64,000 nt of DNA from the NCBI GenBank assembly GCA_951406725.2, contig OX597815.1:207514001-207578000 (forward strand), written 5' to 3'. Position 1 is the stretch's first letter. Every line of letters starts with the position of its first letter. A model generated the notes under the pieces. That model ran no database searches, was not told where the DNA came from, and was given only the letters and a program-made list of their open reading frames with translations. Shown piece after piece: positions 1 through 12,747 of this stretch. Made by a program: the position numbers and the translations under genes. The stretch is from Octopus vulgaris. Taxonomy: Eukaryota.

Positions 1-14
1 TCCATGGACATATA

Positions 15-316
15 TGTTTGTTCCTTCTCGAACCATGCCTGGCTCATAAGGACCAGTTTCCCGGTTTCCTTGGCGTATAGGTTCCCCACCTGGACGGGAC
101 GCCGGTCCGTCGCAGGTGAGCTGCAAGATGCAGGAGGAAAGAATGAGAGAAAGATGTGGCGAAAGAGTCAGCAGAAGTTCGCCATTACCTTCTTCCGGAG
201 CCGCGTGGAGCTTAGGTGTTTCGCTCATAAACATACACATAACTCGGTCTGAGATTCGAACCCGTGATCCCTCGACCACGAGTCCGCTGCTCTAACCACT
301 AGGCCTTGGGCCTCCA
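15..316 (-). mobile_element. tRNA-derived SINE, family C head with V-domain-like tail
   Basis: Minus strand starts TGGAGGCCCAAGGCCTAGTGGTTAGAGCAGCGGACTCG...GGGTTCGAATC (A/B boxes); tail has CCTGCGACGGACCGGCGTCCCGTCCAGG; close copy at 36620-36880. Confidence 0.85.
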
Positions 317-1390
317 TAGACATACATGGCCTTAACGTAATTCTCACGCGGAATCAGCGTGACACAGTGGCGAGGTTGTACTTTCGAATTACAAATTCAA
401 TCTACCCAGCGGATTTCTGTACACTTTCCGTCTACTCAGTTTCACTCACAAGATACGGGTCCAAGCCATAGGAACTTACATTCGCCCAACATACAATGCA
501 GTAGAATCGAACCCGGAACCCCGTTATTGCGAAGTGAACTGTCTAATCATTCGGCCACATACACACACATTCATACGTGTGTGTATGTGTGTGTGTGTTT
601 GTGTGTGTGTGTATTTGTGTGTGTGTGTGTGTGTTTGCGATCATGGGCACACGACGAGGTTCTACATAGTCTCCATTTACCAAATGTTTGTTCACAAGAT
701 ATTAGACAACCATCGAAGGTACTTTCTCAGAGTGCCTTGCAGCAGGATAGAATCGAGGACCACGCGGATGGAAAGCGGACTTCTTAACCACGCAGCCATG
801 CCTACACTTCTCGGCTAAATTCGTGGCAACTCCTAGTATGAAACTCCTCAACCGCGAGTGTAATTTTTCAATGTCTTTACATAAATCTAGTAAAAAGTAC
901 GGCGGGGTGAGTGATAAAATCAGTCGAGTGACAGACAAAATTACTTGTAGTATTTAGTTACATTTAATTACCTTCTTTGCATTTTGTCCTTTCTCTTTGT
1001 CTCTTACCCTTTCAGAATTAATAAAAGTAGTACCAGTCAAATTGAATACGTTTTTTTTTTTTCGAAATTCTGTGGTTTTCTTTAACTATTTGAGAACTCA
1101 ATAAATTTAGTGAAAATATTCGAATTAGTTCTGATAAAGTTTGAGAAAATGAGGACGAAGTGGTAATAAATGCCAATGTAATTTTACATTTAAGTAACAA
1201 ATGTTTTAAATCATTGTAAATCTTGCATTCTGCTCTTACAAAATTACCATCAATGTGTTTTGTATTAATTTCTTTAAGAAATTAATAGTGAGAGAGAGAG
1301 TAACGTGAGAATATTTTCGTGGTTAAGGGAATTAAACAAATATGGGATAAAGACGAAACAGAACAATAGTCATACATAAGTCCCCTCTTT

Positions 1391-1467
<77 letters not shown>
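1391..1467. repeat. Compound microsatellite (TC)n(TA)n(GA)n, self-complementary
   Basis: Read directly from the sequence. Confidence 0.95.
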
Positions 1468-1600
1468 CAGCTTATGTGCATGCTAATCTGATTAAATATC
1501 TAGTTATTTAAAGTACGTCGGGAATGCATTTTTAATACAAAAATCTACCAAAAGTGCTCAACAAACTAGTTTTAAATATATATATATATATATATATATA

Positions 1601-1903
1601 TCTTTATATATAAAAGTCAAGTTGTGTGAGTGTCTGTCTCCTACGATATAGATTCCTAACTACTCCCACATTTTGCGGTGCAGTTTAACCAAAATCGGGT
1701 ATCTTATAGTCGTGATTCATATCGAGCCCTTCTGGGTATTAGCGCGCGTCTACGATGAGTCTACGATTTAAAAAAAAATTACCATCATTTTTTCCCATTT
1801 TTAATGCATTTTTTTTGCTATTATATAAGGGAAGTAACTCTCTAAAAATGCTTATATAGTTATTTCCCTTACAAACCCGAGCAACGCCGGGCGATACTGC
1901 TAG
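1601..1903 (+). mobile_element. Non-autonomous Helitron (family H-A), shortest copy
   Basis: 5' TCTTTATATATAAAAG; subterminal hairpin CCCGAGCAACGCCGGG; 3' CTAG; inserted between A and T in a (TA)n tract with no TSD; three more copies in the window. Confidence 0.9.
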
Positions 1904-2282
1904 TATATATATATATATATATATATATAATCGAGAACACGCGCGTGTTCATCTCAGAATTTGCTTAGTCTACTGAGAATGGACAGATAGATAGAAAGAT
2001 TCAATTTACTCGAACTATAAGAACGTTCTCTGAAACTAAGCCATGAGTTGATAGGTGTCAACATTCGGTTAAAAGTCACAGAATTCGAAGTTCTCATGTT
2101 GAGGGCGTCAACGAGTGTGGCTTCCATCTATCTATTACTCGCTTTGTGTGTGTAAGTAAAAGAGCGTGTGTGGAACGAAAGGAGAAAAAGACGGACAGAT
2201 GGACAACGTGATAGGTTACGGCAGGTAGGGAAAAATTTGAAAAGTAATAGATAGAATGCAAACCCACAAAAAGAAAGAAAAT

Positions 2283-2725
2283 ATCATCATCATTGTTTGA
2301 CCGTGGTCGAGACAATGGAATTTACCATGCTACGCCAGACTTCACGGTCTATCGTGGCATTACGGAGGTCCTGTTGCTGGATGCCTGTATCCCTGAGGAT
2401 TACATCAAGGTAGGAGAGTGTGCGCCCTCTGGTATTGCGAGCAGATGGCTTCCCGAGGAGAAGAGTAGAAATTACTTCGTTTTCAGCTCTACAACAATGT
2501 CCAACAACCTGGACTCTTCTACCTTTCACAAGAGATGACACAGGTGGTCGTTTCCCATATACTTGCATTTTGGTTGGATGACGCTTCCATGAGAGATTTT
2601 GAGCTCTCATAAGGAGGCGAGTGTAGGTTCCATCCAACCGCCTCTCAAGCTTCTTTGATAACTTCCAGGTTTCTGAGCCATATAGTAGAATTGGTTCGAC
2701 TGTGGCTTTGAAGAAAATAAAAGTT
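2283..2725 (-). mobile_element. RTE-clade LINE, 5'-truncated 3' fragment
   Basis: ORF 2290-2733 contains ILLYGSETWKLSKKLERRLDGTYTRLL...DREVWRSMV (RTE C-terminus); (TGA)n tail; second copy at 49047-49302. Confidence 0.88.
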
Positions 2726-3654
2726 GTGCACAATGAGTAGTACGCTGAGAAAAAAGAAAAGCAATGGAAAAGTTGACTGACGTTTCAGGTGAACACAATC
2801 AAAGAAAAGACGTGAGAAAGAAAATGGGAACAGAAACAATACCTATTTGAAGTATGTGTGTACCTCCGATCTGTCTAGAAATATATTTGTATTTCTTTGG
2901 TTTGGATCTTCAATCCTTGATGAGTTCATAGAACTGCCGTCGTAACATACGGTGTACCATGAGAATTTTAAACTGTCGGAGCTCATTCTTCTCTACGATC
3001 TAATGTTTTATCTCTTTTTCTATATGTTGCTGTATGTAAACAAAAAGACACAGGAAGCAACCATTCAAAATAATACACAAGCATAGATATATATCAAGCT
3101 ACATTCGCTAGATATTTATCTTTGCTGTTCTGTGTGAAAAAATCGGAGAGGCGCTGATCAAAGGATGAATGAGTCCGATAAATAGCACGCCAACGTACAT
3201 AGAGACAAACAGTAACTAGAAGATATTTAGCACATTACATAATTACTTAGATGTCTAATTATCTATAAAATAAGATAAAACTATATATCACTAAATTAAG
3301 GCGATACTAAAGATGAAATCTAACAGTTCACTGTTCATAGACGCTGGTTGGCCACGTTAGTCTTAATGCTGATTTTTACTAGCTGAGCGAAATGGAGCAA
3401 CAGAAATTAAAGTACTTTACTCAAGGGCACACAAAGTTCCCGGGCTGAGAACCGAACCCACGAACTAATGATTGAGAGCCCATTTGCATAACCACAAGGC
3501 CACGTGTCTGATTGCTAGAAGTTAACATACTGACAAATAATTAAGTAGACATAAAAACATGTCCTCTGCAGTTTCCACCCCAGTTTTGCGCAGGCCTGGG
3601 CTAGATGTAAGAAAATCTAAAATAAAAGCATAAATATTAGCACGTTAACTTAGG

Positions 3655-4110
3655 TAGTGGGTAGCGATCTTCTTCACAACTTCAGGGAGTGACGACCCTG
3701 CCTGACACGAATCCCGGGCTCAGCTGCTGGCTCCGGCTGACAGTACTCGGTATGGGCCCCTATCCAGGGTTACGGAAAGGAGGCAACCTTCAAAGAAATC
3801 CGGAGTGGAGCCCCGTAGGCGGTTTAGTGTTCGACTCGACACTCTTGCGGCAGCTCCTGCAACCAAGCTGGTGCCAAGCGTAATGCTCTGCACTCTTTTG
3901 TGTGGCCGCCGCCTTCGCGCCGCCTCGCCTCCTCCAGTTCGTCCACGCGCCGCGGGGCCGTTAGCGGCAGGCCCGCGCCGGTCGAGAGAGGAATCCTGAC
4001 GATTAGGCTATCCAGGATTTTCTTACATCTAACCCAGGCCTGCACAAGACTGGAGGGGGAACTGGAGAGGACATGAAATGTTAAAGCCAGACTGGATTAG
4101 TTTATGCGTA
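3655..4110 (+). mobile_element. Probable RTE-type LINE 5' UTR fragment
   Basis: AAATCCGGAGTGGAGCCCC...GGCAGCTCCTGCAACCAAGCTGGTGCCAA...GAGAGAGGAATCCTGAC resembles invertebrate RTE 5' UTRs as I recall them; not verified by search. Confidence 0.55.
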
Positions 4111-4619
4111 ACTCCAATGTCTCTCAAGACAAAAGGATGCCAACAACTAGCTACATTATCATGTGCATTTTTCTTCTTCGATAACTTGATATTCAGCTTG
4201 CTTTAACATCTGTCTGAAAAGAAACAAGAAAATACTGGAGAAAAGAAACCGACAAACTTAAATCAAAATTATACAAGCTAGATAACTTGAGAGCTATCTA
4301 AGTAAGTAGCTGCCTCCTTGAATCGTGAACTGTCTAAATGAATGGAAACTGACAAAAATTGAGAAGTTAAGTAATGGAAAAGAAACAAGGACAAAGATGT
4401 CAGGCAAAGAAAACAAAATGAAATTAAAGAAATCGAGTGTTGCGATAAGGATTTGTCGTTTGGGTTAGTTTGTTTTGTTTTGTTTTTTGTTGTTGTTTTT
4501 TTCTACTTCTTTTAACCTTATTTTAACAATTATCACTAAGATCATACTAGATAAGTTTTTTAGAGTCGAGTGTTTTATTACTTTTGCATCTCTGAATACT
4601 TTATTTGCAAATGGGTTTG

Positions 4620-4850
4620 TCTTGATAACAGCTTCTCTGATTGGATGGTCAACGAATTGGCGAATGCTGCTTTGCTTTGCTCTGGCAATAGCCTTTTACA
4701 GATGCCTGATGCGGAATGCTTGAAAGAAATGCATCCGTGCACGTTTTAAATGTCTCGGGCAAACTTTCATTAAGTTTTGTGAATATTTTGAAAGTCAGTT
4801 CTATAATTGCTGCCTTTTAAATACCAATACTAATGACAAAAGTGAAACTG
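4620..4850 (-). mobile_element. Highly decayed CR1/L2-like LINE ORF2 C-terminus
   Basis: Minus-strand translation ETFKTCTDAFLSSIPHQASVKGY resembles the FK..LD.FL..IPDQP.V.GY end motif. Confidence 0.4.
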
Positions 4851-5307
4851 ATGCTGTTTGTCTTCCAAAAACATTAGCATTCACCTCTTCTAGCAGAACA
4901 TAAACTCGTTCAATTTTGCAGTAAAAAAAGCAAAGATAACAATAAAAAAAATCATCAAATAAACGAGGAGACAGTTGTTTACTTATACGATCTTGCAACT
5001 CCTATCATTTACGACCTTATATAGTTTAGTAGAACTTCGAGTGAAATTGATATTTTCAACTAGTTTTCTACTTACAGTCTATAACTACTGGTATGTTTTC
5101 AGAAAATGATTTAACCTAAACAACGAAATAAGACAATAATATGGTAGATGTACAATTAAAATTAACATGATGCACATGCAATTTATCTAACTTATGATTC
5201 GATTCTACTTCATAAGTATTGACTAATCTTTGGTAATGGTTGGTGCCATTCTTTCTTCCTCGTGAATTTTGGTTTGTAATTTACAACGGAAAATCCAGAT
5301 TGAATTA

Positions 5308-5508
5308 AGGCGGTGAGCTGGCAGAGCCGTCATCACGCCGAGCAAAATGCTTAGCGGCATTTCGTCTGTCTTTACGCTCCGAATGCAAATTTCGCCGAGG
5401 TCGGCTTTTCTTTTCATCCTTTCGGGGTACCAGTTGAACACTGGGGTCGATGTAATCGACTTACTCTACTCGCCCGAAAGTTCTGGCCTTGTATCAAAAT
5501 TTGAAACC
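5308..5508 (+). mobile_element. SINE family B (Nin-domain-like), short tail
   Basis: AGGCGGTGAGCTGGCAGA head; TTTCATCCTTTCGGGGT; CTGGGGTCGATGTAATCGAC. Confidence 0.85.
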
Positions 5509-5627
5509 GATATAAAAGATTAAATTCTATGAAATTTTTCGATGATGAGGAAATGTCTACTAAACATTTATCGAAACCAACTCTTTTAAAAGTAATTAAA
5601 GTTAATTTACTCTTCATTTATATATTC

Positions 5628-6481
5628 GGATCTTTTCCCTTTCAACGGCAGATACAGAAATTAACTTTTTGTAACTAAACACTTTCAAACTTCGGACACT
5701 GGTAGTATGTGTCATATAAAACATCTTTTACTCTTAGTGTTGTTGAGAAAAGTTTCTATTTTCAAAGTTATTTCGTGTTAAAACTGTTGTATTTCGGTAA
5801 TTTCAACCAATCAATGACGTGTATTCAGCTGAATAAAATTACTGCCATTGTTTGTCAACAACAACTATCGGCGGTGTATATTTCGTTTGCCACTGTTATT
5901 TATGACATCGTTCGTGCGTTTGTACTGGTTTTAGCTTTAGGGTTTTAGGGTTAGGGTTATGGTTTTAGGGTTTTAGGGTTGGGATTTAGGGTTAGGGTTT
6001 TAGGGTTAGAGTTACGGTAAAAAGGGAAAAATGAAGAAATTGGAGAGGAGGGGCAAAAAAGTTTTTCCGAAAATAGTAGCTGGAAAACAGGGAAAAAAAA
6101 CTAAAAGCAGTAGAAATGCACGAATAATTGTGGTGGTGCCATGAAGTAAACATGCTTCAAATACACTCGTTTATTTATACAAACGTAACTGAGATGAAAT
6201 ATGTCATAAATAACAGTGACAGATGGAAAATACACCGCCGGAAGTTGTTGTTGACGAACAGCAGCAGTAATTTTATTCAGCTGAATGCACGTCATTGATT
6301 GGTTGAAATTACCGAAATACAACAACTTTAACACGAAATAACTTTGAAAATAGAAACTTTTCTCAACAACACTAAGAGTAAAAGATGTTTTATATGACAC
6401 ATTCTACCGGTGTCCGAAGTTTGAAAGTGTTTAATTACAAAAAATTAATTTCTCGATCTGCCGTTGAAAGGAAAAAGATCT
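5628..6481. mobile_element. Fold-back MITE with ~280-bp inverted arms, 8-bp TSD and telomere-like core (Merlin- or MULE-like)
   Basis: Arms about 5628-5908 and 6201-6481 are reverse complements, which explains the mirror ORFs MSYKTSF; TSD ATATATTC at 5620-5627 and 6482-6489; starts GGATC. Confidence 0.9.
5937..6012 (+). repeat. Degenerate TTAGGG/TTTTAGGG telomere-like array inside the MITE
   Basis: TTAGGGTTTTAGGGTTAGGGTTATGGTTTTAGGG... read directly. Confidence 0.9.
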
Positions 6482-6869
6482 ATATATTCTTTTATTTCAT
6501 GCTTATAAGACTTATATCTGATTTGCCTTGCATAGGTTTATTTAAATTTTCAAACCTGTTATTTTGGAGACGAGCATCAAAGACGCTAATTCTTCTTCTT
6601 TTACTATCTGGATTTGAGCCAATAAATGAGCCCATACAGAGTTACGTGATAAAAGAGAAACAGCAGCCAAATTACTTTCAAATTACATTCTGTCATCATA
6701 AAAAAGTTTAAGACAATTTAAATTTTGTAGTACTCGGTATCTGTAATGTCATGATTAGAATGCGTAAAAGGGGCCATCCAATAAGAGTTCACCTGGGGCT
6801 AGATAAGAACACCAGAGTTTGTAATGAGGTGAACTGAAACGCGTCAAATGCTTTATCGAAATCTGTGAC

Positions 6870-7285
6870 TACTTGTAGGACTTAATTTCAAGTGTTGTAC
6901 CACAGAAACAGTTTTTGTCTTTGCGTGCCACAATCTCTTCACCTGCTATTCTTCAATTTTCTCAATTTTCTTACCATCATATGGTATTGAAAAGTTTTTG
7001 GTCTTAAACACATCTTTTTCTTATTTTCCTGACCTCAACGGATATATCTGGTTTCCTTGCTTCGATAGTATGACTAACGTCTATAGAATAAAATCTTGTA
7101 ATTACCATCCATTACGACAGCCTCTGGACCTGTCACTTCAAATCCACAAGCTTGGTTAACAGCCCACTGTACGTTGTACGAACGCAGTTAGGACTGCGTT
7201 TATATTCTTTTTGTGCTAGCTTACTGCATCCACTTACAAGCTGGTTTATACTTCGTCCTATTTGTAACACATAATTCTTTTATGC
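6870..7285 (-). mobile_element. Dong/R4-type (restriction-like endonuclease) LINE C-terminal relic
   Basis: Broken minus-strand translation SINQLVSGCSKLAQKEYKR...GPEAVVMDGNYKILF...SHTIEARKPDI...FSIPYDGKKIEKIEE...RLWH matches the CCHC and PD-(D/E)xK region of R4/Dong elements. Confidence 0.8.
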
Positions 7286-8559
7286 GTTTCAGCCCTAAGA
7301 CTGTGGTCATGCTGGAGTGCCGCCATTATTATTATTATTATTGTTGTTGTTGTTGTTCCTGTTATTAAAAATGGAAGCTTCTTGAAACGTTACTGTTACA
7401 CTTTACTAATTGTTCAAGAGAATGATGAAGGGAAACAGCAGAGCAGCAGACAAAAAAACGTTCGTAAAAATAATTATTCACCGAAGTTTGATTGGTTGCC
7501 AAAATGTGTAAGAAACTGATTCATGCACTCATCTTTTCAGCCGTCACATACGAATCATGTTACATTCATCTATTTAATCAGTTCCCAGTTTGCATTAACG
7601 ATAGCAACCTTCCTGGCTTTTACGTTTAAGACACAAAAGATATGAAAATATTACGTTTTGCACGTTAATATATCACGTGATCTGGGTAAAATAATAGATA
7701 AATACGTAAAACATTTCCTACGAATTAAATCTCAGTGTTTAATTATATTTCGATATGTTTACGAACATTATTGCTCATATATTGTCACGCTGCTTCTTTA
7801 TCTCTTTTGCTCTCTTATATGTGCTCTTAATCTAATCAGTTTAAGTTCTAATCTATATAATTTCATATATAATGTACTTCTTTTCAAATGTTGTTGTACT
7901 GTGCGTTAAGAAATTTTACGATCCTCAAAATCTTGCCGTGATGCAATTTCTACGCTGATTACCATGTTGTTATATATTAAGAAATATTCCGATATAGAAT
8001 GTCTTGAAAAAATAATCCAATCACTTTTTTCACGGAAACAAAAGTGAGCGTTTAAACAAGCACCCTAAGTATACATATAAAATGATATTCCATAAATACG
8101 CCGGGATGGACAAGAGTGCAGTAATATTATAGCCTAATACTTACATTACAAGATGATGCTTGCTGCGTGATGGGTGATAGGGCAACCGGTGATACTGGAA
8201 ATAATAGGGAGTAGATCATCATAATCAGAAAAATGCTTCAGTGGTCAAAAACCATTCAAAGTTGCTTGTCGTATACGGCGCTGCATTTCTTCATATAACG
8301 TATTGTAGAAACTGAGCTCTGTAGCTATATGTCTTGTAATGTTTTTTATGTGCACAATTAGGGTCACCAACAACAATTCGCAGACCTTTCTTTTTGTCAA
8401 CTCTTTAAGTATATTTTGTTGCATTCAATTAAAGTGTGCAAAGCTCTTCTATTCCCTTCTTGTTCTGAAAGTCTCTCTTGTTCCAAAAGCATCAGCTTTT
8501 CATTAAACAAAATTTCCGTATGGGATTCTAGCAGCCACATCATTTACGACCTATTCAAA

Positions 8560-9240
8560 TCTCACATTCCTTTCCAGTGTCCCAATATCTTGAACTTATA
8601 AACTTGCTGATAGCATAAACCTTGATAAAGTCACGGATACACTGTGCTCACAGGCTTTCCAAAACACCGTTTATGATTGAAGATTCTATATCATCTCGCG
8701 ATTCGGTTATGTTTACCCACGGCATTTATAATGCCGAACGTTTTCATTAGTCTCTCATCCTCCTGTTCAATTGTTTTTATAAATTGCTTCAAGGCTCTTA
8801 GAAAGTATGCCTTTAAGTTAGCGATCACACCTTGACCCTTTGACTGAAGCAAAAAAGGAGTATTCTTGTGAATATATATTCTGCTTCCACATTATCCAAA
8901 AATTCATTTAAATTCTTTAGGTGGTTTACTGCATTGTTTAATTTCCATTGTCAGAATTGTCACACCAGGCACTGTATTTTTCTGCAGCAGAAAAACAAAG
9001 CAGTCTGTAAATAAGTCATAATGAAAATTTTCTCAGTGAACGGAACAGATGTTTTAGCATTTGATCTAATTTTGTTTTTATTTCCAAGTGTTGTGTCCTT
9101 AATGGACATTCCGTACTTTAACGCTTTTCCCCCGAATCAAACTTTTAGTAAAACCTCAAATTTCCTACCCTTTTGCAACTCATTTTCACACTGCTGTCTT
9201 TACTTCTACCTAATGTCCTTTTTCTAGTCACTTTGAAAAA
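8560..9240 (-). mobile_element. Decayed Tigger/pogo transposase
   Basis: Minus strand KNTPFLLQSKGQGVIANLKAYFLR corresponds to the PNTTSLLQPMDQGVIANFKAYYLR motif; YGMSIKDTTLGNKNKI resembles the N-terminal HTH; many stops and deletions. Confidence 0.65.
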
Positions 9241-11097
9241 GGCAATGAGCTACATTGTATGCATTTGTATCAAAATGCAACAGTGACAAAGATAGTCAAG
9301 AAAATCTACATCAAATAATAAACCAGTAGAGTCCGATGAAAGAGGTGACATTTTGCGTCGGCCAAACTATTGAAGTTGATATTTTAGATGGAGTGAAGTA
9401 GAAATGATAAATGATGAAAGCTGCACCACGTAGGAAGAACTACTGTATGATTGAGTTTAGTTATAAGGTCAAGAGCGAGAATGTTGAGAGAAATGAAAAC
9501 TAAGGTCTGTTGAATTAGCTTAAGGTGAGGGAGGGAGAGGATACTTTAATGCAATGAAAAGCAATTTGTTAGAGAGGGGGAGGTACGGGCAAGCGTTGAA
9601 AAGAATATTTAAACAATTAAAAATATAAAAAGTTCGTTGGAAAATAAAAACAACTAAATTTAAAACCCGAATTGAGGGGCTGTATGCAGTAAAAATGTAA
9701 AGAGAAAGGAACAGAAAAATAAAATGAGGAATAGTCTGACGGATTAAAGTGTCAAATTAAATATATATTATTAAAAATATATATTATGCATGTATGTGGA
9801 TCGTGATTTAAGATTTTAAGTTGTTAAAATTTACCCACTTTACGTAAGAGCGACATGAGGAACCGTGTCCAAAATTAATGGTCTTTTTTTTGCATATTTC
9901 TTAAAAATTTCATAACAATAGTTTTTGTAATGCATGACATGTCTGTACTCCATCATGTCTCGCATGTTGAAATATCTGCCATAGATATAATGATCAGAAT
10001 ATTTCAAAACTTATATCGTCTCTATAGGATATCAGCTGGACATCGACTATGGCAACACTAAAATTTACAGTTAATCCAGACATGAATTGATTTTAAAAAA
10101 AAAAGTATTTCCGAGCACTTAGCACGAAAAAGAATTTCTTGGTGACATATTTTTTGACAATTCTACTGTGTCTGCTGTACTTACAATTACTTTGAAAGAT
10201 ATGAGTGTTAACTTCTTTCTTTCTTTCATTTATTTATTTGTGTCTACTTATATAATTTGTTTTCGGTATTTGAGTTATTCGAAGTGTCTGTTTCTCGTTT
10301 AATAGGTGTCTAAATATAATAGATGTTAATGGTAAATAAATCTGGAAAAGAAAACAAATCTCTTGTCAGAACAGTATACATAGTTAAAAAAATTAGTAGA
10401 ATAAATATGAAACTTAAAAGTACATAGTGATATCATCAAGCTAATTAAACGTCAGGTTATGAATAATACCTAATTATTTTCCAATGATAGATAGCATATG
10501 ATAAGCTCTAAAATAATAGGTTGTATGTATGATGGTTTACAGTGTAACAACTGGATCAGTAAGCACATTACACTATTTAAACAGTATGCTATACCTTGTA
10601 ACCCAAGGAAATTAATATAATGTAACATCGTGTTGAATCTCTTAGGAGGAAATTCAATAAGACTGATCATGAAGCAAATTACTAAATAATAAACTACAGC
10701 ATTTTCATTTTGAGTTACACTAGAAGATAATTCAGTTGTTATTTAACTTTCAATGATAGGAGAAAATGTATTGTATTGTGATATTACTTTCACTACATAT
10801 AGACACATACTATTATAGCAGTTATGTTACGTTATGAGACAACCAAAGTACAAATGAAACTAAAGACAAAGCAGAACAACAAAAATGTAAACTAAAATAA
10901 AGAAAGTTTCTTATTAATTAGTTGGGGCATGTACCTTTTTACTAAGCAAAAGCAATTATTAAAGTCTACACTGTCTAGAAATTTCATATATTGTAATAAA
11001 TTTTTTTTATCAAAATGTGGTTTTGAGACTTCTTTTATTATTGAAGATTCCGACTACAAAAAACTAAACTATTTTTCATTCACAGCGAGATTGCGTT

Positions 11098-11098
<1 letters not shown>

Positions 11099-11181
<83 letters not shown>
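11099..11181. repeat. (CT)n microsatellite
   Basis: Read directly. Confidence 0.95.
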
Positions 11182-11750
11182 ATCCCTCCTCTTATACTCT
11201 ATGACGTTACTTTCAACAAACATATCAGTAAAAATATTTTCCAAATTATAAGTTTAATGCAGTTTTAGCCAAATTATGTTGAATCCAGTATTCTTTTATA
11301 CTTGTTGGATGTTGTTGAAGAAGTAGAAAGCTTCCGATAGTTGATTCTTAGGTTGAGATCACTGTTCATGTTATTGTAGTTCAGTTGATGAACGGGTATA
11401 CAAAAATAACATTTCCGCATCTCTGTACATCTGTAATTGTATGTTTATAAAGGTTATTAAATGTACAAATTTATAAAATCGACGATAAAGTAATGCACAG
11501 CAAACAATAAATTATGCAATCACATGTGTTCGAACCTACAGTAAGATTTTTCGAAATTATTTTTTTTGGTACATATCAGGTGTGCATTCCAATTCACAGT
11601 CAAGCACAGTTACGAAACCAACTGACATGTGTATATACGATAAACTGAAAACTTTTACGTGGTTAGATTAAGTCAACATAAAACCCGATTACTTCATAAA
11701 TTCTGTCTTTGAGTGCTTGCTATTATTTCGAAGTTATTTATTGAGTGAGT

Positions 11751-12135
11751 GAAGTGGAGGCGCAATGGCCCAGTGGTTAGGGCAGCGGACTCGCGGTCAT
11801 AGGATCGCGGTTTCGATTCTCAGACCGGGCGTTGTGAGTGTTTATTGAGCGAAAACACCTAAAGCTTCACGAGGCAGGGGATGGGGGTGATCCCTGCTGT
11901 ACTCTTTCACCACAACTTTCTCTCACTCTTACTTCCTGTTTCTGTTGTACCTGTATTTCAAAGGGCAGGCCTTGTCACTCTCTGTGTCACGCTGAATATC
12001 CCCAAGAACTACGTTAAGGGTACACGTGTCTTTGGAGTGCTCAGCCACTTACACGTTAATTTCACGAGCAGGCTGTTCCGTTGATTCGGATCAACCGGAA
12101 CCCTCGTCGTCGTAACCGACGGAGTGCTTCCATCC
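11751..12135 (+). mobile_element. Full-length SINE, family C head with alternative tail, 11-bp TSD
   Basis: GGAGGCGCAATGGCCCAGTGGTTAGGGCAGCGGACTCG head; TSD ATTGAGTGAGT at 11740-11750 and 12136-12146. Confidence 0.9.
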
Positions 12136-12350
12136 ATTGAGTGAGTACTACTGGACGAATAAAGATACAAAGATAAATTAAGCGCATCATATATAAAAAA
12201 AAAAGATTCAAATCGAGATTCGAATGTGTAAAAATTATATAGCAGCAAGAAAAACAAACCAAAAAATAACAGAAAACGCACGGAGGGAGGTTTCTGCAAG
12301 TAATAACAATTTTCTCAAAGATACGGGAAAATAAAGGACGTTATTTTTCA

Positions 12351-12747
12351 TGTGTGGTAAGTAGCTTGCTAACCAACCACATGGTTCCGGGTTCAGTCCC
12401 ACTGCGTGGCATCTTGGGCAAGTTCGTAAATATAGCCCCGGGCCGACCAATGCCTTGTGAGTGGATTTGGTAGAAGGAAACTGAAAGAAGCCCGTCGTAT
12501 ATATGTATATATATATATATATATGTGTGCGTGTATGCGTGTGTGTTTGTCTCCCTAGCATTGCTTGACAACCGATGCTGGTGTGTTTACGTCCCCGTCA
12601 CATAGCGGTTCGGCAAAAGAGACCGATAGAATAAGTACTGGGCTTACAAAGAATAATTCCCGGGGTCGATTTGCTCGACTAAAGGCGGTGCTCCAGCATG
12701 GCCGCAGTCAAATGACTGAAACAAGTAAAAGAGTAAAAGAGTAAGAG
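12351..12747 (+). mobile_element. SINE family A (internal TA/GT microsatellite, (GAGTAAAA)n tail)
   Basis: TGTGTGGTAAGTAGCTTGC...GGTTCAGTCCC head; CTCCAGCATGGCCGCAGTCAAATGACTGAAACAAGTAAAAGAG end; more than 8 copies in the window. Confidence 0.9.

Noticed and set aside
5937-6012. True telomere or chromosome fusion site
   Set aside because: Short, degenerate, one orientation only and enclosed by TIRs with a TSD.
5709-6400. Two near-identical ORFs (MSYKTSF...) on opposite strands
   Set aside because: They are the two arms of the fold-back MITE.
11756-11830. tRNA-like sequence (also 245-316 and 51945-52015)
   Set aside because: SINE heads continuing into SINE bodies, one with a TSD; no complete cloverleaf.
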